The notes under the pieces were generated by a model that was given only the letters and a program-made list of their open reading frames with translations, ran no database searches and had not been told where the DNA came from. A stretch of DNA of 64,000 bases from Octopus vulgaris. Its lineage: Eukaryota. Within the stretch, counting starts at the first letter, position 1. Each line of letters starts with the position of its first letter. Position numbers and translations under genes: made by a program. Location: positions 171,740,001-171,804,000 of the forward strand of contig OX597814.1 of the NCBI GenBank assembly GCA_951406725.2, given 5' to 3'. Positions 1-13,519 of the stretch are shown piece by piece.

Positions 1-719
1 TGTAAGTAAATGAATTTATCACATATCTTGCGCATAAAAATTGAATGAATGAACGAATGGGTGACTATATGTTTGGCGTAATTTTTTACCGGGTTCCATT
101 TTTCTTAGTTTTGGTTATGAATCACACTTCGATGATAAATCATATTTCAACGCGTTTACAAATATTTGTCCTTATATTTTGTCATGCTGCTTCCATTGTA
201 CATATATGCATAATCGGCAACGTGAAACTCAAAATGAAGATTTAAGAAGCTTAAATTTCTGTGTATGAGAGAGAGAGAGGGAGAAAATGAGAGGGTGAGG
301 GAGGGAGAGAGAGTGTGTAGGGGGTTGAAATGCTTGCGTTTGTTTGCATGTATATGTATTGGGGTTTTGTTTATTTTACTATTCTGTTATATTTTTTACT
401 CTCTGATTAGGCAATTGCAGAACTGCAATATTTTAAAAGACATAAATATTGATTTCGATCTTTGATTAGTTTTTGGAGAAACGGTTTACCCAATTAATCC
501 CAAACGTATTGTCAGTGGTTATATAATTAAGTTTGGCTCCTATGAATTATTTATCTAAGATTGCATATTTCTCCTCCTTTCTCAAAGCCCTTACAAGAAA
601 GCAAAAAAACAAAACAAAAACACAATAAACAAAACAAAACACAACAAAATATAACGACAGAATAAACAAATATAGCCCAAAGAAAAACATCTTGAAAAGT
701 ACCGCAGCCTCACGAAACA

Positions 720-728
720 GTATATACA

Positions 729-808
<80 letters not shown>

Positions 809-914
809 CATATATATACATACATATGAATATATATATTACGTATATATATAATATATATATTATATATATATATATATATATGTATGTATATATATAT
901 ATGTATATATATAT

Positions 915-945
<31 letters not shown>

Positions 946-1013
946 CATAAATATATATACATATATATATACACACACAGATATAGATATATATACACAC
1001 ACATATATGTATG

Positions 1014-1072
<59 letters not shown>

Positions 1073-1129
1073 CACTCACATATATACGTAACTACTCTAT
1101 TATTCGTTTCAGCCATGCAGCTGCAGTCG

Positions 1130-1197
<68 letters not shown>
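720..1197. repeat. Compound (TA)n/(TACA)n microsatellite block
   Basis: Directly visible; explains the YIYI/HTYI ORFs. Confidence 0.95.
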
Positions 1198-1198
<1 letters not shown>

Positions 1199-2355
1199 CA
1201 CCTTGAACATTGCTGTGAGACAAGATCTGGGCATATCTCTCCACCCTGGATGTTTTCTCCCAAACAAAACCACTATGAACAAAGTGAACTCTTCTGCTGT
1301 TTTCCCTCCAACTAATCTTCGCTACAACAATCGCCATTACCACATCCACCAACACCGCATACACTCAATACACGCGTACGCACATAAGTACATAAGTACA
1401 TACGTACACACACACACACACACAGAAGGGTCGAGAATAAGAAAAAAATATATAAGAAAACATTCATGTGTCAAAGAAAACGACATTCTTGCATTGAAGC
1501 GATGAAGGGAAATCTGTTTTTGCCGCGTGTTAACGTTTCAAGAGCACAATTCGCAAATCCAATCAAAGACAGGAACAGAGAGAAGAAAGCAGAAAGAGAT
1601 TTGATTTTGGTATAATTGGATCTTGGACAGCTTGTCAACAAGATTTGAAGAATTTGCTAGCCAATATATATATGGCATTGATCAAGAAACGAGCGAAGCA
1701 GATTGATGTCAGTGACACATCGAATTTCCACAGCAGTTGCCACAACATCAAGAAGAATTAAAAACGGCTGGACACCTCACACCGACAATAGCAGTTATCG
1801 TTCTTGGTGGTACATTTTTCAATTGTTCTCTCCACCCCTTTCTTCTTCCAGTCTTTCTATTTCCTCTTTTTCTCTCCATCTTTTTCCTATCTCATTTTTT
1901 CTTTCCAAGAAAACTGTGGTTTTTCACACGAATGAATTATCTCCTCAAGTAGAGAGAAAAGGAGAGTAAGTGAGAGAGAAAGACTGAGAGAGAGAGAGAG
2001 ATAGTTAAAGAGACAGTTACGGTGAGATGGAGAGAGAGTAGAAAAGAGTGAGGCCGAGTAATAGTAAGAGAGAGAAAGTGTAAGCATTTTTCCTTGCATA
2101 TTGTTTTTCTGCCTTACAATGGAATTTACATTTCTCCAATTCAGCTCCGCATAATTTGCTGTCAGTACTTTTTGCTTACATTCATTCAGTGGCGAACACT
2201 ACCGAACAAGAAGTAGGCTGCTGACGAGCGGATGCTGCGAGCTGGTTTCAACTTCCTGTTGATATCAATTTTGCTATTTCGTTTCTGTTACTCACAAGAA
2301 GACGTGAAGCCCCATCTGTCTCAATTTCCCTTATGTTACTAATATATGTACTTAA

Positions 2356-2896
2356 GGCGGCGAGCTGGCAGAAACGTTAGCACGCCGGGCGAAATGCGTA
2401 GCCGTATTACGTCTGCCGCTACGTTCTGAGTTCAAATTCCGCCGAGGTCGACTTTGCCTTTCATCCTTTCCGGGTCGATTAAATAAGTACCAGTTACGCA
2501 CTGGGGTCGATGTAATAGACTTAATCCCTTTGTCTGTCGTTGTTTGTCCCTGCTGTGTTTAGCCCCTTGTGGGTAGTAAAGAAATAGGTATTTCATCTGC
2601 CGCTACGTTCTTAGTTCAAATTCCGCCGAGGTCGATATAATCAACTTAATCCGTTTGTCTGTCCTTGTTTGTCCTCTCTGTGTTTAGCCCCTTGTGGGTA
2701 GTAAAGAAATAGGTATTTCGTCTGCCGTTACGTTCTGAGTTCTGAGTTCAAATTCCGCCGAGGCCGTCTTTGCCTTTCATCCTTTCTGGGTCGATAAATT
2801 AAGTACCAGTTACGCACTGGGGTCGATATAATCGACTTAATCCCTTTATATGTCCTTGCTTGCCCCATCTATATGCCCCTTGTGAGCAATAAAAAA
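2356..2896 (+). mobile_element. SINE family A (tRNA-derived), internally multimerised copy
   Basis: Head ggcggcgagctggcagaaacgttagc, B-box-like gagttcaaattcc, central gcctttcatcctttc..ggtcga, tail ..gccccttgtgggtagtaaagaaa; body restarts at ~2587 and ~2712. Confidence 0.85.
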
Positions 2897-2914
2897 TTAA
2901 TATATGTCCTTAAG

Positions 2915-3115
2915 ACAGAGAGCTGGCAAAATCATTAGCACGCCGCTTAGAGGCATTTCGTTCGTCTTTACGTTCACAGTTCAATTTCTGCCGAGGTCAC
3001 CTTTGTTTTTCATTCTTTCAGAGTCCAAAAAATAAGTACCAGTTGAGCACTGGGGTTGAGGTAACCGAATAGCTCACTCTCACCCAATTTCAGATTTTGT
3101 GCTTATGGTAGAAAA
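2915..3115 (+). mobile_element. SINE family A, diverged copy with alternative tail
   Basis: agagctggcaaaatcattagcacgcc...aataagtaccagttgagcactgggg...ttgtgcttatggtagaaa. Confidence 0.7.
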
Positions 3116-3769
3116 TATTATTATTCTGTCTTTATTCATAAATCAAATATCAAAATCAATATACACCAGAAAGAATCAGTAACAAAGTGAGAGATAAACC
3201 ACGAAATACGATTCTAAGGGGTCTCTATGGCGCAGCTAGTGGGGGCAGCAAGAGACAGAAAGGGCTCGTGGGCGGCATATTTATTTTAGGAGCAACTACT
3301 GCAACTCCTTTTTTTTTTAGATAAGGGTAATATTCGTGTTCGCAGTCATAAATTTTCGTGTTTGAAGTGGGCGCAAAAAGATTGCGAAATACTGCACCAG
3401 AATAAAGATTATGGGTGTAAGCATAATTGTTTGGATAACATGTTCGCTGGTTCAAATGAAATCTCACTGTGGAACACCTTAGGCAAGTGTATTTTTATCA
3501 TAGCATCCAACAGGCCAAAGACTTACGAAATGTAGAAAGTGCATGAAAATCCGTCGGAACGACCATTATCATTGTTGGGTGGTGGGCTTAATCTGTTGCC
3601 CAGTTTAACACCATGCTCTGATATAATGTTGGGGATCCCGTCAGTGCTGTTTCAATCTATTGCAAACGTTAGGTTAAGGTCTCTGGTCTGCGGATAAATA
3701 CATCACTTCTTCATTCAAGTCACGCAAACCATGAAATTGAACATGGGTGCTGATCTTTTTTTTAACTTA

Positions 3770-4160
3770 GGCGCAGGAGTGGCTGTGTGGTAAGTAGCTT
3801 GCTTACCAACCACATGGTTCCGGGTTCAATCCCATTGCGTGGCACCTTGGGCAAGTGTCTTCTACTATAGCCTCGACCAAAGCCTTGTGAGCGGATTTGG
3901 TAGACGGAAACTGAAAGAAGCCTGTCGTATATATGTATATGTATATTTGTGTGCGTGTGTTTGTGTGTCTTTTTGTCCCCTCAGCATCGCTTGACAACCA
4001 ATGCCGGTGTGTTTACGTCCCCGTAAACTAGCGGTTCGGCAAAGAAGAGTGCGATAGAATAAGTACTAAGCTTATAAAGAATACGTCCTGGGTCGATTGC
4101 CCAACTAAATGCGGTGCTCCAGCATGGCCACAGTCACATGACTGAAACAAGTCAGAGTAA
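3770..4160 (+). mobile_element. SINE family B (tRNA-derived, CORE-like), full length
   Basis: A-box-like gtggctgtgtgg, B-box ggttcaatccc, CORE-like accttgggcaagtgtctt, internal (TA)/(TG) tract, 3' gactgaaacaagt; many copies in window. Confidence 0.88.
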
Positions 4161-4259
4161 GCTCATTAAAAAATTATTAAGAAAGAAATGAAACTGAATA
4201 ACTGAACACAACGATATTTACATGAGTGGTTAACCTGACTCTCTCACGATGTTGCTATT

Positions 4260-4768
4260 TATTCAATACTCGATCTCCAATCAAGTTGTTTGCCCACCAA
4301 ACAAATAAATATCTGAATTAATAATAATCCAGGTTCTGTTCATAAATTTCCATGATGTTTTCGTTTGTTCGGGAGGTCAACAGTTGTCCTGAACGAGGTT
4401 GGTCTTCATGCGACAATTGACCATTCCTAAAGCATGGAAACCACTCGTAATCTTGTGTTTGTTTTGTCAGCGTCCTTGTAAGTTGCTTGGGCCATGACAA
4501 CTTGTTTCGGCCACCGTTTTCCCCGTCAGAAAACAGAATTTCTCGGAAGCTGTTCCTTTCTTTTCAGCCATCGTAAAAATCTACGAACTGGGGAGAAGCA
4601 CTGCAAAACAAAGACGCACCACGTGGCAGTACGACCTTAGAGGATGACGCCGGACTGTAGACTGATGCCTGGGGGTTGCATCAAGCGGCTTCTAGCAGCG
4701 GAAGCCCGAACAACAATAGGCTTGTCCCACAGAGAACGTTTCTGGTTACTTTTGGGTACCTCTTCATA
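4260..4768 (-). mobile_element. Degraded mariner element, 5' part (TIR + transposase HTH region)
   Basis: Minus-strand YEWFPCFRNGQLSHEDQPRSG matches mariner WF..F..G..S.ED.PRSGRP; TIR-like ta(t)gaagaggtacccaaaagtaaccagaa at 4740-4768. Confidence 0.7.
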
Positions 4769-5837
4769 TAAGGGATAGCTATATTCATCGAAATCAACCT
4801 TGGAATATGTAAATATTCGCACAAACTCCTAGAACTAGTAGTGAAATCTTTCATTATGTCTTCAAAAAAAAAAAAAAAAATAGGACGAGCATACTGAATA
4901 TTGTAATCCAAGATGCACTGTTTCGGAAAAAAAAGAAAGTTTGGACATCACAATTGGATCACCTTGGTCCATAGATTTATTCATTTTATGCTAAACAAAA
5001 ATAAAGAGCTTAAATGAGTCATACTTGTTTTATAGACCCTGGAGGGATAAAATAGGATATTTACTCCGATTAAATTTGAACATAGAACGTGGAGAAATTT
5101 AACTACATAGTCACAGGTTATTTAATTGATCAGTCTGTCGATTGTGATATGTGAGCAACTGAATATTGTTATTTCATTGTCTACTCAGACATTCAAATCT
5201 TTGCGTGGTCGCTGCACACTGCCAGATTGACTTACTAGCAAGATTAACATATGCTACGGTACCTGCATTTTCAGATGCACCGCCCAAATTCTTTATTACG
5301 AGCGAACTATACTGCATTCAACTTTTATGAACGACTGGGTGTTTAAAGTTGATCCAATACTTGGAATAATTCCGAGATCCACAACCCTTTAAATTAAATG
5401 CTTGCAAGCTATCAATTTCGATTCAATGATTCGGTGCATGCCTTCAACGGTTATGAACGACTGGGTATTTAAGGTTGATCCAACACTCGGAATATTTCCA
5501 AAATCCAATACACTTTCAATTGAACAAATTACAATAATCAAGTTGAATGGTAACGGTAAATGGTAAACGGCATTTCTTCATATTCATCGGATGTTAATTA
5601 ATAGACTTGTCATTCAATTTCTCTGTTTCGAAGCTATAAACTCGTCATACCATAATTAAGTTTAATTATTATTTTCTCATAAATAAGATCAGTTGAACGA
5701 ATGAGATTATTACTAATACATTATAGACGCACTAATTCTAACCAACCCCACCAATTCAAATAAGATTTTTAAACAGGTAAGATACATTTTATCAGAGTTT
5801 CTATTATATTTGAAAAACAAATAGAAAAACTAACATT

Positions 5838-6245
5838 GTACAGACGTGGTTGTATGGTAAGAAGCTTGCTTCCTAACCACATGGTTCTGGGTTCAGTCCA
5901 ACTGCATGGCACCTTGGGTAAGTGTCTTCTAATATAGCCTCGGGTCACATAAAGCCTTGTGAGTGGGTGTGGTAGATGGAAACTGAAAGTGGCCCGTCGT
6001 ATATGTGTGTGTATATATGTGTGTGTACGTGTGTGTATTTCCTTGTATCTGTGTTTGTCTCCTCACTACTGCTTGACAAAAGGTACTGGTGTGCTTACGT
6101 CTTCGTAACTTAGGGGTTCGGCAAAGGAGAGGTTAGAGAAAGTACCAAGCTTTAAAAAAAATGTACTGGGGTCAGTTCATTCAGTTAAAGATTCTTCAAG
6201 GTGGTGCCCCAGCATGGCAGCAGTCTAATGCGTGAAACAACTAAA
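5838..6245 (+). mobile_element. SINE family B, diverged full-length copy
   Basis: Collinear with 3770-4160. Confidence 0.82.
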
Positions 6246-6329
6246 ATACATATGATAAAACAAATTTACTTTCTGTTACGGTTGAGTATCAGAAGAAAAT
6301 ATTCTATTTCTGCATTTTAGTTGCTTAAA

Positions 6330-6440
6330 TAACCCTTTCTACTATAGGCAGAAGGTCCGAAATTTTGGAGGAAGGGGCAAGTCGATTACATCGACCCCAG
6401 TATTCAAACGTGCTAACGTTTCTGCCAGCTCGCTGCCTTT
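6330..6440 (-). mobile_element. SINE family A, internally deleted copy
   Basis: cgtgctaacgtttctgccagctcgctgcc is the reverse complement of the head; tail at 6333-6400. Confidence 0.65.
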
Positions 6441-6464
6441 AGTTGCTTAGATAACAATGCTATT

Positions 6465-6878
6465 AAGAAGCTCACTTTGCAACTACGTAGCTTCAGGTTC
6501 AGTTCAGTCCTGCTGTGTGGCACCTTCGACAACTGTCTTCCACTACAGCCCTGGGCCGACCAATGCCTTGTGATTGAATTTGATATTCCGACACTGAGTG
6601 GAAACCCGTCGTGTTCCCATCACCCACTGGTTTATAATCGCATAATTAGCAACTGTTTTATGCTGTTTACGGAATTTTATAATGGCTGTCTGCTTATCTG
6701 ATTCGATATATGGGACGAAGCGTATTGCATAGATTGAGTAATACTTTTATTAATAGACTATCATCTACTTTGTATTCTTCATACAAGTTGTGCTTAAACT
6801 TGAAGCTAACCAAATGTCTGTACCACGATCGTTTCGGATGTCACCACTTTATTTTGTATTCATGTATATATGCATGTA

Positions 6879-6950
<72 letters not shown>

Positions 6951-7160
6951 CGTATGTGTGCGTGTTGTAGTGCCTGTGTTTATCTCCACCCTCCACCATT
7001 TGCCAGCCGGTATTAGTTTATGTTCTCATAAATTAGCGGCTCGGCAAAAGAGCGCGATAGATTAAATTCCTGACTTAAAAAGTGAATACCGGAGTCAATC
7101 TGTTCGGCTAAAAGCCTTCAAGCCGGTGCCCCAGTAAGGCCATAGTCCAGTCATAGAAAT
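6465..7160 (+). mobile_element. SINE family B fragments (5' half ~6465-6612, 3' half ~6950-7160)
   Basis: ggttcagttcagtcctgctgtgtggcacctt and tagcggctcggcaaaagagcgcgatag match family B. Confidence 0.6.
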
Positions 7161-7187
7161 AGATATAATATAATATAATATAATATA

Positions 7188-7584
7188 ATTTTTTCTACTC
7201 TAGGCACAAGGCCCGAAAGTTTTGGGGAGGGGGCAGTCGATTACATTGACCGAAGTACTTCACTGATACTTAATTTATCGACCCCGAAAGGATTAAAGAC
7301 AAAGTCGACCTCGGTGGAATTTGAACTCAGAACGTAACGGCAGACGAAATACCTATTTCTTTATTACCCACAAGGGGCTAAACACAGAGCGGACAAACAA
7401 GGACAGACAAACGGATTAAGTCGATTATATTGACCCCAGTGCGTAACTGGTACTTATTTAATCGACCCCGAAAGGATGAAAGGCAAAGTCGACCTCGGCG
7501 GAATTTGAACTCAGAACATAACGACAAACGAAATACCGCTAAGCATTTCACCCGGCGTGCTAACGTTTCTACCAGTTCACCGCC
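7188..7584 (-). mobile_element. SINE family A, dimeric copy
   Basis: Two cgaccccgaaagga..aaagtcgacctcgg modules; head reverse complement ends at 7584; sits in a (TATAA)n tract. Confidence 0.85.
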
Positions 7585-7637
7585 TTATAATATAATATAG
7601 TATAATATAATATGATATCATATAATATAATATAACA

Positions 7638-7790
7638 GATGCAGGCGTGGCTGTGTAGTACATGGTTCTGGCTTCAGTTTCACTGTGCGGCACCTTGGGT
7701 AACTGCCTTCTACTATAGCCTCAGGCCGACCAAAGCCTTGCAAGTGGATTTGGTAGACTGAAACTGAAGAAGCCCTCGTATATATATATA
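7638..7790 (+). mobile_element. SINE family B, 5' half ending in its (TA)n tract
   Basis: gcaggcgtggctgtgt...gaaactgaagaagccctcgta(ta)n. Confidence 0.75.
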
Positions 7791-8377
7791 TATATACATA
7801 TATACATACACTCGTCTATCCTATTACTCTGTCACTCTCTCTCCCTCACTCCCCCTCCCTTGCTCAAGAGGCTCCTACGTGACCATCGGCCATCTTTCTT
7901 ACTCTCCGTTGTAGCTGGAACAAGGAAGACGTGTTCTTGTTTGTATCCTGTCATAGTTTGATTTACGTGTTCGCCACCACATCCCATTTTAGGCTTAGCA
8001 GCCCTTCCTGTTTGTTTTCACTTTCCTGTTTGTGTTACCAATTTTGACCCTCCGCAAAATCCTAAATTTTATTTAACTTCCTTTGCGAGAGCAATTGTTT
8101 TATCGAAAGTGTATATTGTTGTTAAATGCTCGAAATACGAGAGTATAAAAACAGCCAACAACTGATGAAGGCTCGTTCTTTATGTTGTTTGTTTTGTTTT
8201 CCGTTTGTTCCATGTACTCGTGCTTCGTACTTTTTTGTTGTACACGTTTCGTGACGTCCTGTGCCCACATATGCATATATATATATATATATGTATATTT
8301 TCAAAATGTGGCCGCGTGTGTACCGTTGGCGATTTTTTTCCTCTGTCTTCCCTTCTCTGTATCTTTCCTTCTCCTAT

Positions 8378-8412
8378 GTTTCCGACGAAGAGCTCCGCTC
8401 GAAACGTTAAAC
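8378..8412 (+). ncRNA. Minimal type-I hammerhead-like motif in a short element (~8300-8515) ending in (TA)n
   Basis: gttt-CCGACGA-agagc tcc gctc-GAAA-cg-TT-aaac; stem I gttt/aaac; palindromic ACGT stem III; U4C core variant. Confidence 0.5.
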
Positions 8413-8513
8413 CCTCCTTCTTCCCTTCCTTCATGAGCGTCCAGTAATACTATATTTGTTCCACGTCCTCTCGTTATTGTGTTTTCTCTTTGTGTTTTCA
8501 TGTTTGGATTAAC

Positions 8514-8628
<115 letters not shown>

Positions 8629-8634
8629 TACATC

Positions 8635-8668
<34 letters not shown>

Positions 8669-8783
8669 CGTATAGATGTATGTACATATACGTATGTATA
8701 TATGCATATATAAATATATATTATTTATTTTATTATATGACTGAACGCCACACAACCTCTTCCAAGTAAGTTTCATCTATATC

Positions 8784-8814
<31 letters not shown>

Positions 8815-8824
8815 ATCCGTCGAA

Positions 8825-9120
8825 GGCGCGTAACTTTGTGGCTAGGGTATTCCACTTACGATCGTGAGCTCAATACGCTGTAGCGCATTGTGTCCCTGAG
8901 CAAAACACTTTTATTTCACATTGCTCCAGTCCCGGCCGTATTTCAAAGGGCCAGTCTTGTTACATTCTGCATTCTGTGTCACGCTGAATCTCCCCGAAAA
9001 CTACGTTACGGATATGCGTGTCTATGGAGTGTTCAGCCACTTGCACGTTAACTTCGCGAGCAGGCTATTCCAGTTGATCAGATCAGCTGGAACACTCGTG
9101 GTTGTAAGCGACGGAGTGTT
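8825..9120 (+). mobile_element. SINE family D head + tail shared with family C
   Basis: tgtgtccctgagcaaaacactttt..ttgctccagtc head; tail ctgtgtcacgctgaatctcccc..cgacggagtg as in 48153-48541. Confidence 0.7.
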
Positions 9121-9175
9121 AGTTTAGTTTATACATCTGGAAGGAAAAAAAAGAACAATAAAAGAAAAGCAAAAA

Positions 9176-9294
9176 GATGGTTCCAGGTTCAGTCCCACTG
9201 CGTGGCACCTTGGGCAAGTGTCTTCTACTATAGCCTCGGATCGACCAAAGCCTTGTGAGTGGATTTGGTAGACGAAAACTGAAAGAAGCCCGTC

Positions 9295-9337
<43 letters not shown>

Positions 9338-9578
9338 CATATATATATATGTGTGTGTGTGTGTGTATGTGTGTGTATGTTTGTGTGTCTGTGTTTGTCC
9401 CCCAACATCGCTTACAACCGATGCTGGTGTGTTTACGTCCCCATAACTTAGCGGTTCAGCATAAGAGACCGATAGAATAAGTACTAAGCTTACAAAGAAT
9501 AAGTTATGGGGTCGATTTGCTCGACTAAAGGCGGTGCTTCAGCATGGCCACAGTCAAATGACTGAAACAAGTAAAAGC
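9176..9578 (+). mobile_element. SINE family B, 5'-clipped copy
   Basis: Collinear with family B from atggttccaggttcagtccc to gactgaaacaagtaaaag. Confidence 0.85.
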
Positions 9579-9857
9579 GTAGTCGTATTTGGAACGCCTT
9601 CAATGATACACAGGACTGCTCGATTAATGCTGACCAAGGGCTAAATAGCTACAATTTCAACGCACAATATAGCAAAAACGTTCCAGCATCCGATGTCGAT
9701 AAAAATTGTAAACCAGTCACATTAAAGTATAATGAGCGTTCGTTTCAATATGCAGCTACCCCTAGAACTCTAAAAAAAAAAAAAAAGAAAACAGTAAAAC
9801 CCTATGCGGTTGACCCTTAAAGAAATCAATATTTACTTAAGAAACAAAGGAAATGCA

Positions 9858-9869
9858 ATAATAATAATG

Positions 9870-9943
<74 letters not shown>
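9858..9943. repeat. (AAT)n microsatellite
   Basis: Directly visible. Confidence 0.95.
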
Positions 9944-9944
<1 letters not shown>

Positions 9945-10867
9945 TAAAAAGGTGGGAAAGAAGGGCGTGAAAAAACCACTTATGTCAGACAATAACTGCC
10001 CCCTTGTGTGTATAAGGTCAAACTTTACTTCTGCCCCCTTTTTATGCTTCTTTTCCTCTCTTTCTCTCCCTCTCTCTTCTTTTTTCTTTACAGTTCCTTA
10101 ATTTCACTGTCCCTTTCTTGCGTTGTCTGTGGAGGTGGGAACACACGTTTTAACCTTCCCCTGTAATGATACACCCTTCCCTTTCTCCTTTTTTACTACC
10201 AATTTTCTCCTGTCTTTAAACCCTAATTTTTTTTTATTGCGTTACTTTTATATCCCCCTTCAGTCCTTACTCTCCCTTCCACTCTCCTCTATTTCATCGC
10301 TTTTTCCATCTCTAACTACTCTCCTCATTCATTTTTTTTTACCTCTTAATGCTATATTCTCTACTACCTTTCCCTCTTCTATTCTTTCCTCCCCTCATTT
10401 TGACCCCCTCCTTCACTCCTACCATTACAACTTATTCTTCCCCTTCTCCTCTCTCTCTTTACCTCATTCTACTTTCACTTACCTCCTGCTCTCACTTCTT
10501 GCTCTCACTTTTTCCACTACTTATCACATAATACCTTCTTCCATGATCCCATTTCAATTCTCTCTCTCCCCTTCTTTCTCTCTTTCCCTCCCTTCCCCCC
10601 TTCTATTATCATTGTTAACCGTCACCAACCACCATTACCACCACCATAAGACATCATCAATCTATACTTCCTCACGGTCTGTCGCCCTGCTATAAATATC
10701 AGTCAAATGTTCCTCAAATCACATTGTATTGTCTTCAGAAAAGCACAGTTGTACATGTGATGTTCGTTGATTCCTTCTATACAGGAGAAAAAAATGATTT
10801 GGATAGCTACAGCTGAAAAGGTTTGTTCAGAGCTGATCTGGGGCTACACGTCAAACCAGTCGAGCCT

Positions 10868-11425
10868 CTACGTGGTCTATCGGCCTGTTTCGAACAAGCA
10901 GCCAAATTTTCCTCAACTCAATGACTATTGCCAAATTAATATAGACGGGTTTAAAAAATAAAGAAAACTCATTGATTAAAGACGTTCCAGCCATGACCAT
11001 CCTTGTTCACATAGGTGTGTATCCAGGAATACATTACCAATATGTCTCTTTCTACGTGGTCTATCGGCCTGTTTCGAACAAGCAGCCAAATTTTCCTCAA
11101 CTCAATGACTATTGCCAAATTAATATAGAACGGATTTAAAAAATAAAAAAAAACTCATTAATTAAAGACGTTCCAGCCATGACCATCCTTGTTCACATAG
11201 GTGTGTATCCAGGAATACATTACCAATATGTCTCTTTCTACGTGGTTTATCGGCCTGTTTCGAACAAGCAGCCAAATTTTCCTCAACTCAATGACTATTG
11301 CCAAATTAATATAGAACGGGTTTAAAAAAAACAAAAGAAAAATCATTGATTAAAGACGTTCCAGCCATGACCATCCTTGTTCACATAGGTGTGTATCCAG
11401 GAATACATTACCAATATGTCTCTTT
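10868..11425 (+). repeat. Tandem repeat, 3 x ~185 bp, near identical
   Basis: Unit ctacgtggt(c/t)tatcggcctgtttcgaac...ccaatatgtctcttt starts at 10868, 11052 and 11238; partial dispersed copy at ~13790-13930. Confidence 0.92.
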
Positions 11426-12188
11426 CTTTGAGATTGCAAGGTGAAATTTAAAGGGCCGGGCTAGAATATCATCAAACATAGGTCTGTGTGCTCGATCAGG
11501 GCTTACGTAAGGCTTAACCATAACAACAACAACAACAACAACAACAGCAACAATGGCAATGAAAACAACAGCGACAGCAACAACAGCAACAACACCAACA
11601 GCAATAAGAACAACAGTAACCAACCCCACACTTCACTCTGCTATTTTCCTTAAGTACTCTTACTTATCGTTCTTACTCCTCTCCCTATTCTACCTCCTCC
11701 TCCTCTTTCTCTTCTTCGTCGTCGTCGTCGACCTCATCGTTCTCCGCTGCCTTCTTTTCTTCCTTATCTCACCCTTCCCTCATTCTTTTATTCTCGCCCC
11801 GCTTTTCTCTCTCTATCACTCACTCATTATTCGCCTCCCCCTCTATCCTTTCTCATTCTACAATTCTGTCTTACCTCCCTCCCTCTCTTTCAATATTCTC
11901 TTTTTCCATCTTTCAAGATGTCTCTATTCCTTTTTTTCTTCCTCTCCGTCTTTCTCCATTTCATTCTTTTTCCTCATCTTTCTCATATACAACTCTCATA
12001 CATTATATTAAGTCTCTCTCACTCTCTCTCTGATCTCTTCCTCCTACTTTTCACTGTTTTCATCTTCTCCTACGCTCTGCGCGTGCACACTCTCTATATT
12101 ACTTTCTTCTACACCTCTTCCCTCTTTTCTGTTACTTCATGCTCTTCCATCTTTCTACTCCTCAGTTTCTCCTATCTATCTATCTATG

Positions 12189-12248
<60 letters not shown>

Positions 12249-12277
12249 CATCCATCCATCCATCCATCCATCCATCC

Positions 12278-12331
<54 letters not shown>

Positions 12332-12360
12332 TTATCTTTCTTTCTTTCTTTCTTTCTTTC

Positions 12361-12523
12361 CCTTTTACGATCCCTTTTGATCGAAAACCTACGCCACCCT
12401 TTTTTTATTTTTTATTTTATTTTATTTTTTTTATTTTTTTGTTTTTTTTTCATCCCCCAAAAGAAAAGCTCTACCTTGTAACTTGTCCCATCTGTGTGCA
12501 GCCCTGTGTGACCAATAAAGAAA
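12361..12523 (+). mobile_element. Short 3'-end fragment of a Tx1-like LINE flanked by (TATC)n/(TATG)n
   Basis: cgatcccttttgatcg and aaaagctctaccttgta match the LINE 3'UTR at ~28716-28888; ends aataaagaaa. Confidence 0.65.
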
Positions 12524-13014
12524 CTTATCTATGCATTATGTATGTATGTATGTATGTATGTATGTATGTATGTATGTATGTATGTATGTATCTATCTATC
12601 TATCTATCTATCTATTTTATTCTTTCTCCACACCCTACTGTTCCTTTTTCTTATGTTATTTGTTGTCTCCCTGTCTTTGTCTCTGTCTGTTTGTCTCTCC
12701 CTGTCTCTCTCTCTCTCCCTCCCTTTCTCCCTAAGTCCCTTCCTATTTATGATATGCTACTTTCCTACCTATATTCTTTCATCTGACCCCTATTGCGGGT
12801 ACTTCTAACTCTGCAAGCTTGTGACGACGGGAGGACAGGCTATGATAAACTACGACTAACGTTAGCGTTTCTATGGTAATTTTTATGAAGTGGAGGTAAC
12901 CGTCACCTTGGTAACCATCCAAAGTTAGTCTTATGTGAGGAATTGTGAGCTCAAGAGGGCAACTATATTTTTGTATTATTGTATTTCTTGTTGCGGTGTT
13001 TGTGGCAGTGGGTT

Positions 13015-13215
13015 CTCTTCTTCTTCTTCTTCTTCTTCTTCTCCCCACCCCTCCTCCTCCGCCCCTTCATCGTCGTCGTCGTCATCATCATCATCATTAT
13101 TTTCTTCTTCTCCCTCTTCTTCTTCTTCTTCTTCTTCTTCTTCTTCTTCTTCTTCTTCTTCTTCTTCTTCTTCTTTCCCCACCCCTCCTCCACCGCCCCT
13201 TCATCGTCGTCGTCG

Positions 13216-13268
<53 letters not shown>

Positions 13269-13469
13269 TTCTTCTTCTTCTTCTTCTTCTTTCCCCACCC
13301 CCTCCTCCTCCGCCCCTTCATCGTCGTCGTCGTCGTCATCATCATCATCATCATCATCATTATTTTCTTCTTCTCCCTCTTCTTCTTCTTCTTCTTCTTC
13401 TTCTTCTTCTTCTTTTTTCCCCACCCCTCCACCTCCGCCCCTTCATCGTCGTCGTCATCGTCGTCGTCG

Positions 13470-13519
<50 letters not shown>

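Noticed and set aside
547-1263. 238-aa ORF and the many [16 protein letters not shown] ORFs throughout the window
   Set aside because: Translations of TA, CA, TACA and TATC microsatellites with no domain signal.
3215-3394. Possible hAT MITE ending aaagattgcgaaatactg
   Set aside because: Only one terminus-like motif is visible; no matching TIR or TSD found.
10123-10695. 190-aa hydrophobic ORF (also 11553-12786 and 19695-20705)
   Set aside because: Low-complexity polypyrimidine DNA giving F/L/S-rich translations.
10868-11425. CRISPR-like regular repeat
   Set aside because: Units are contiguous ~185-bp copies with no unique spacers, in a eukaryotic context with no cas genes.
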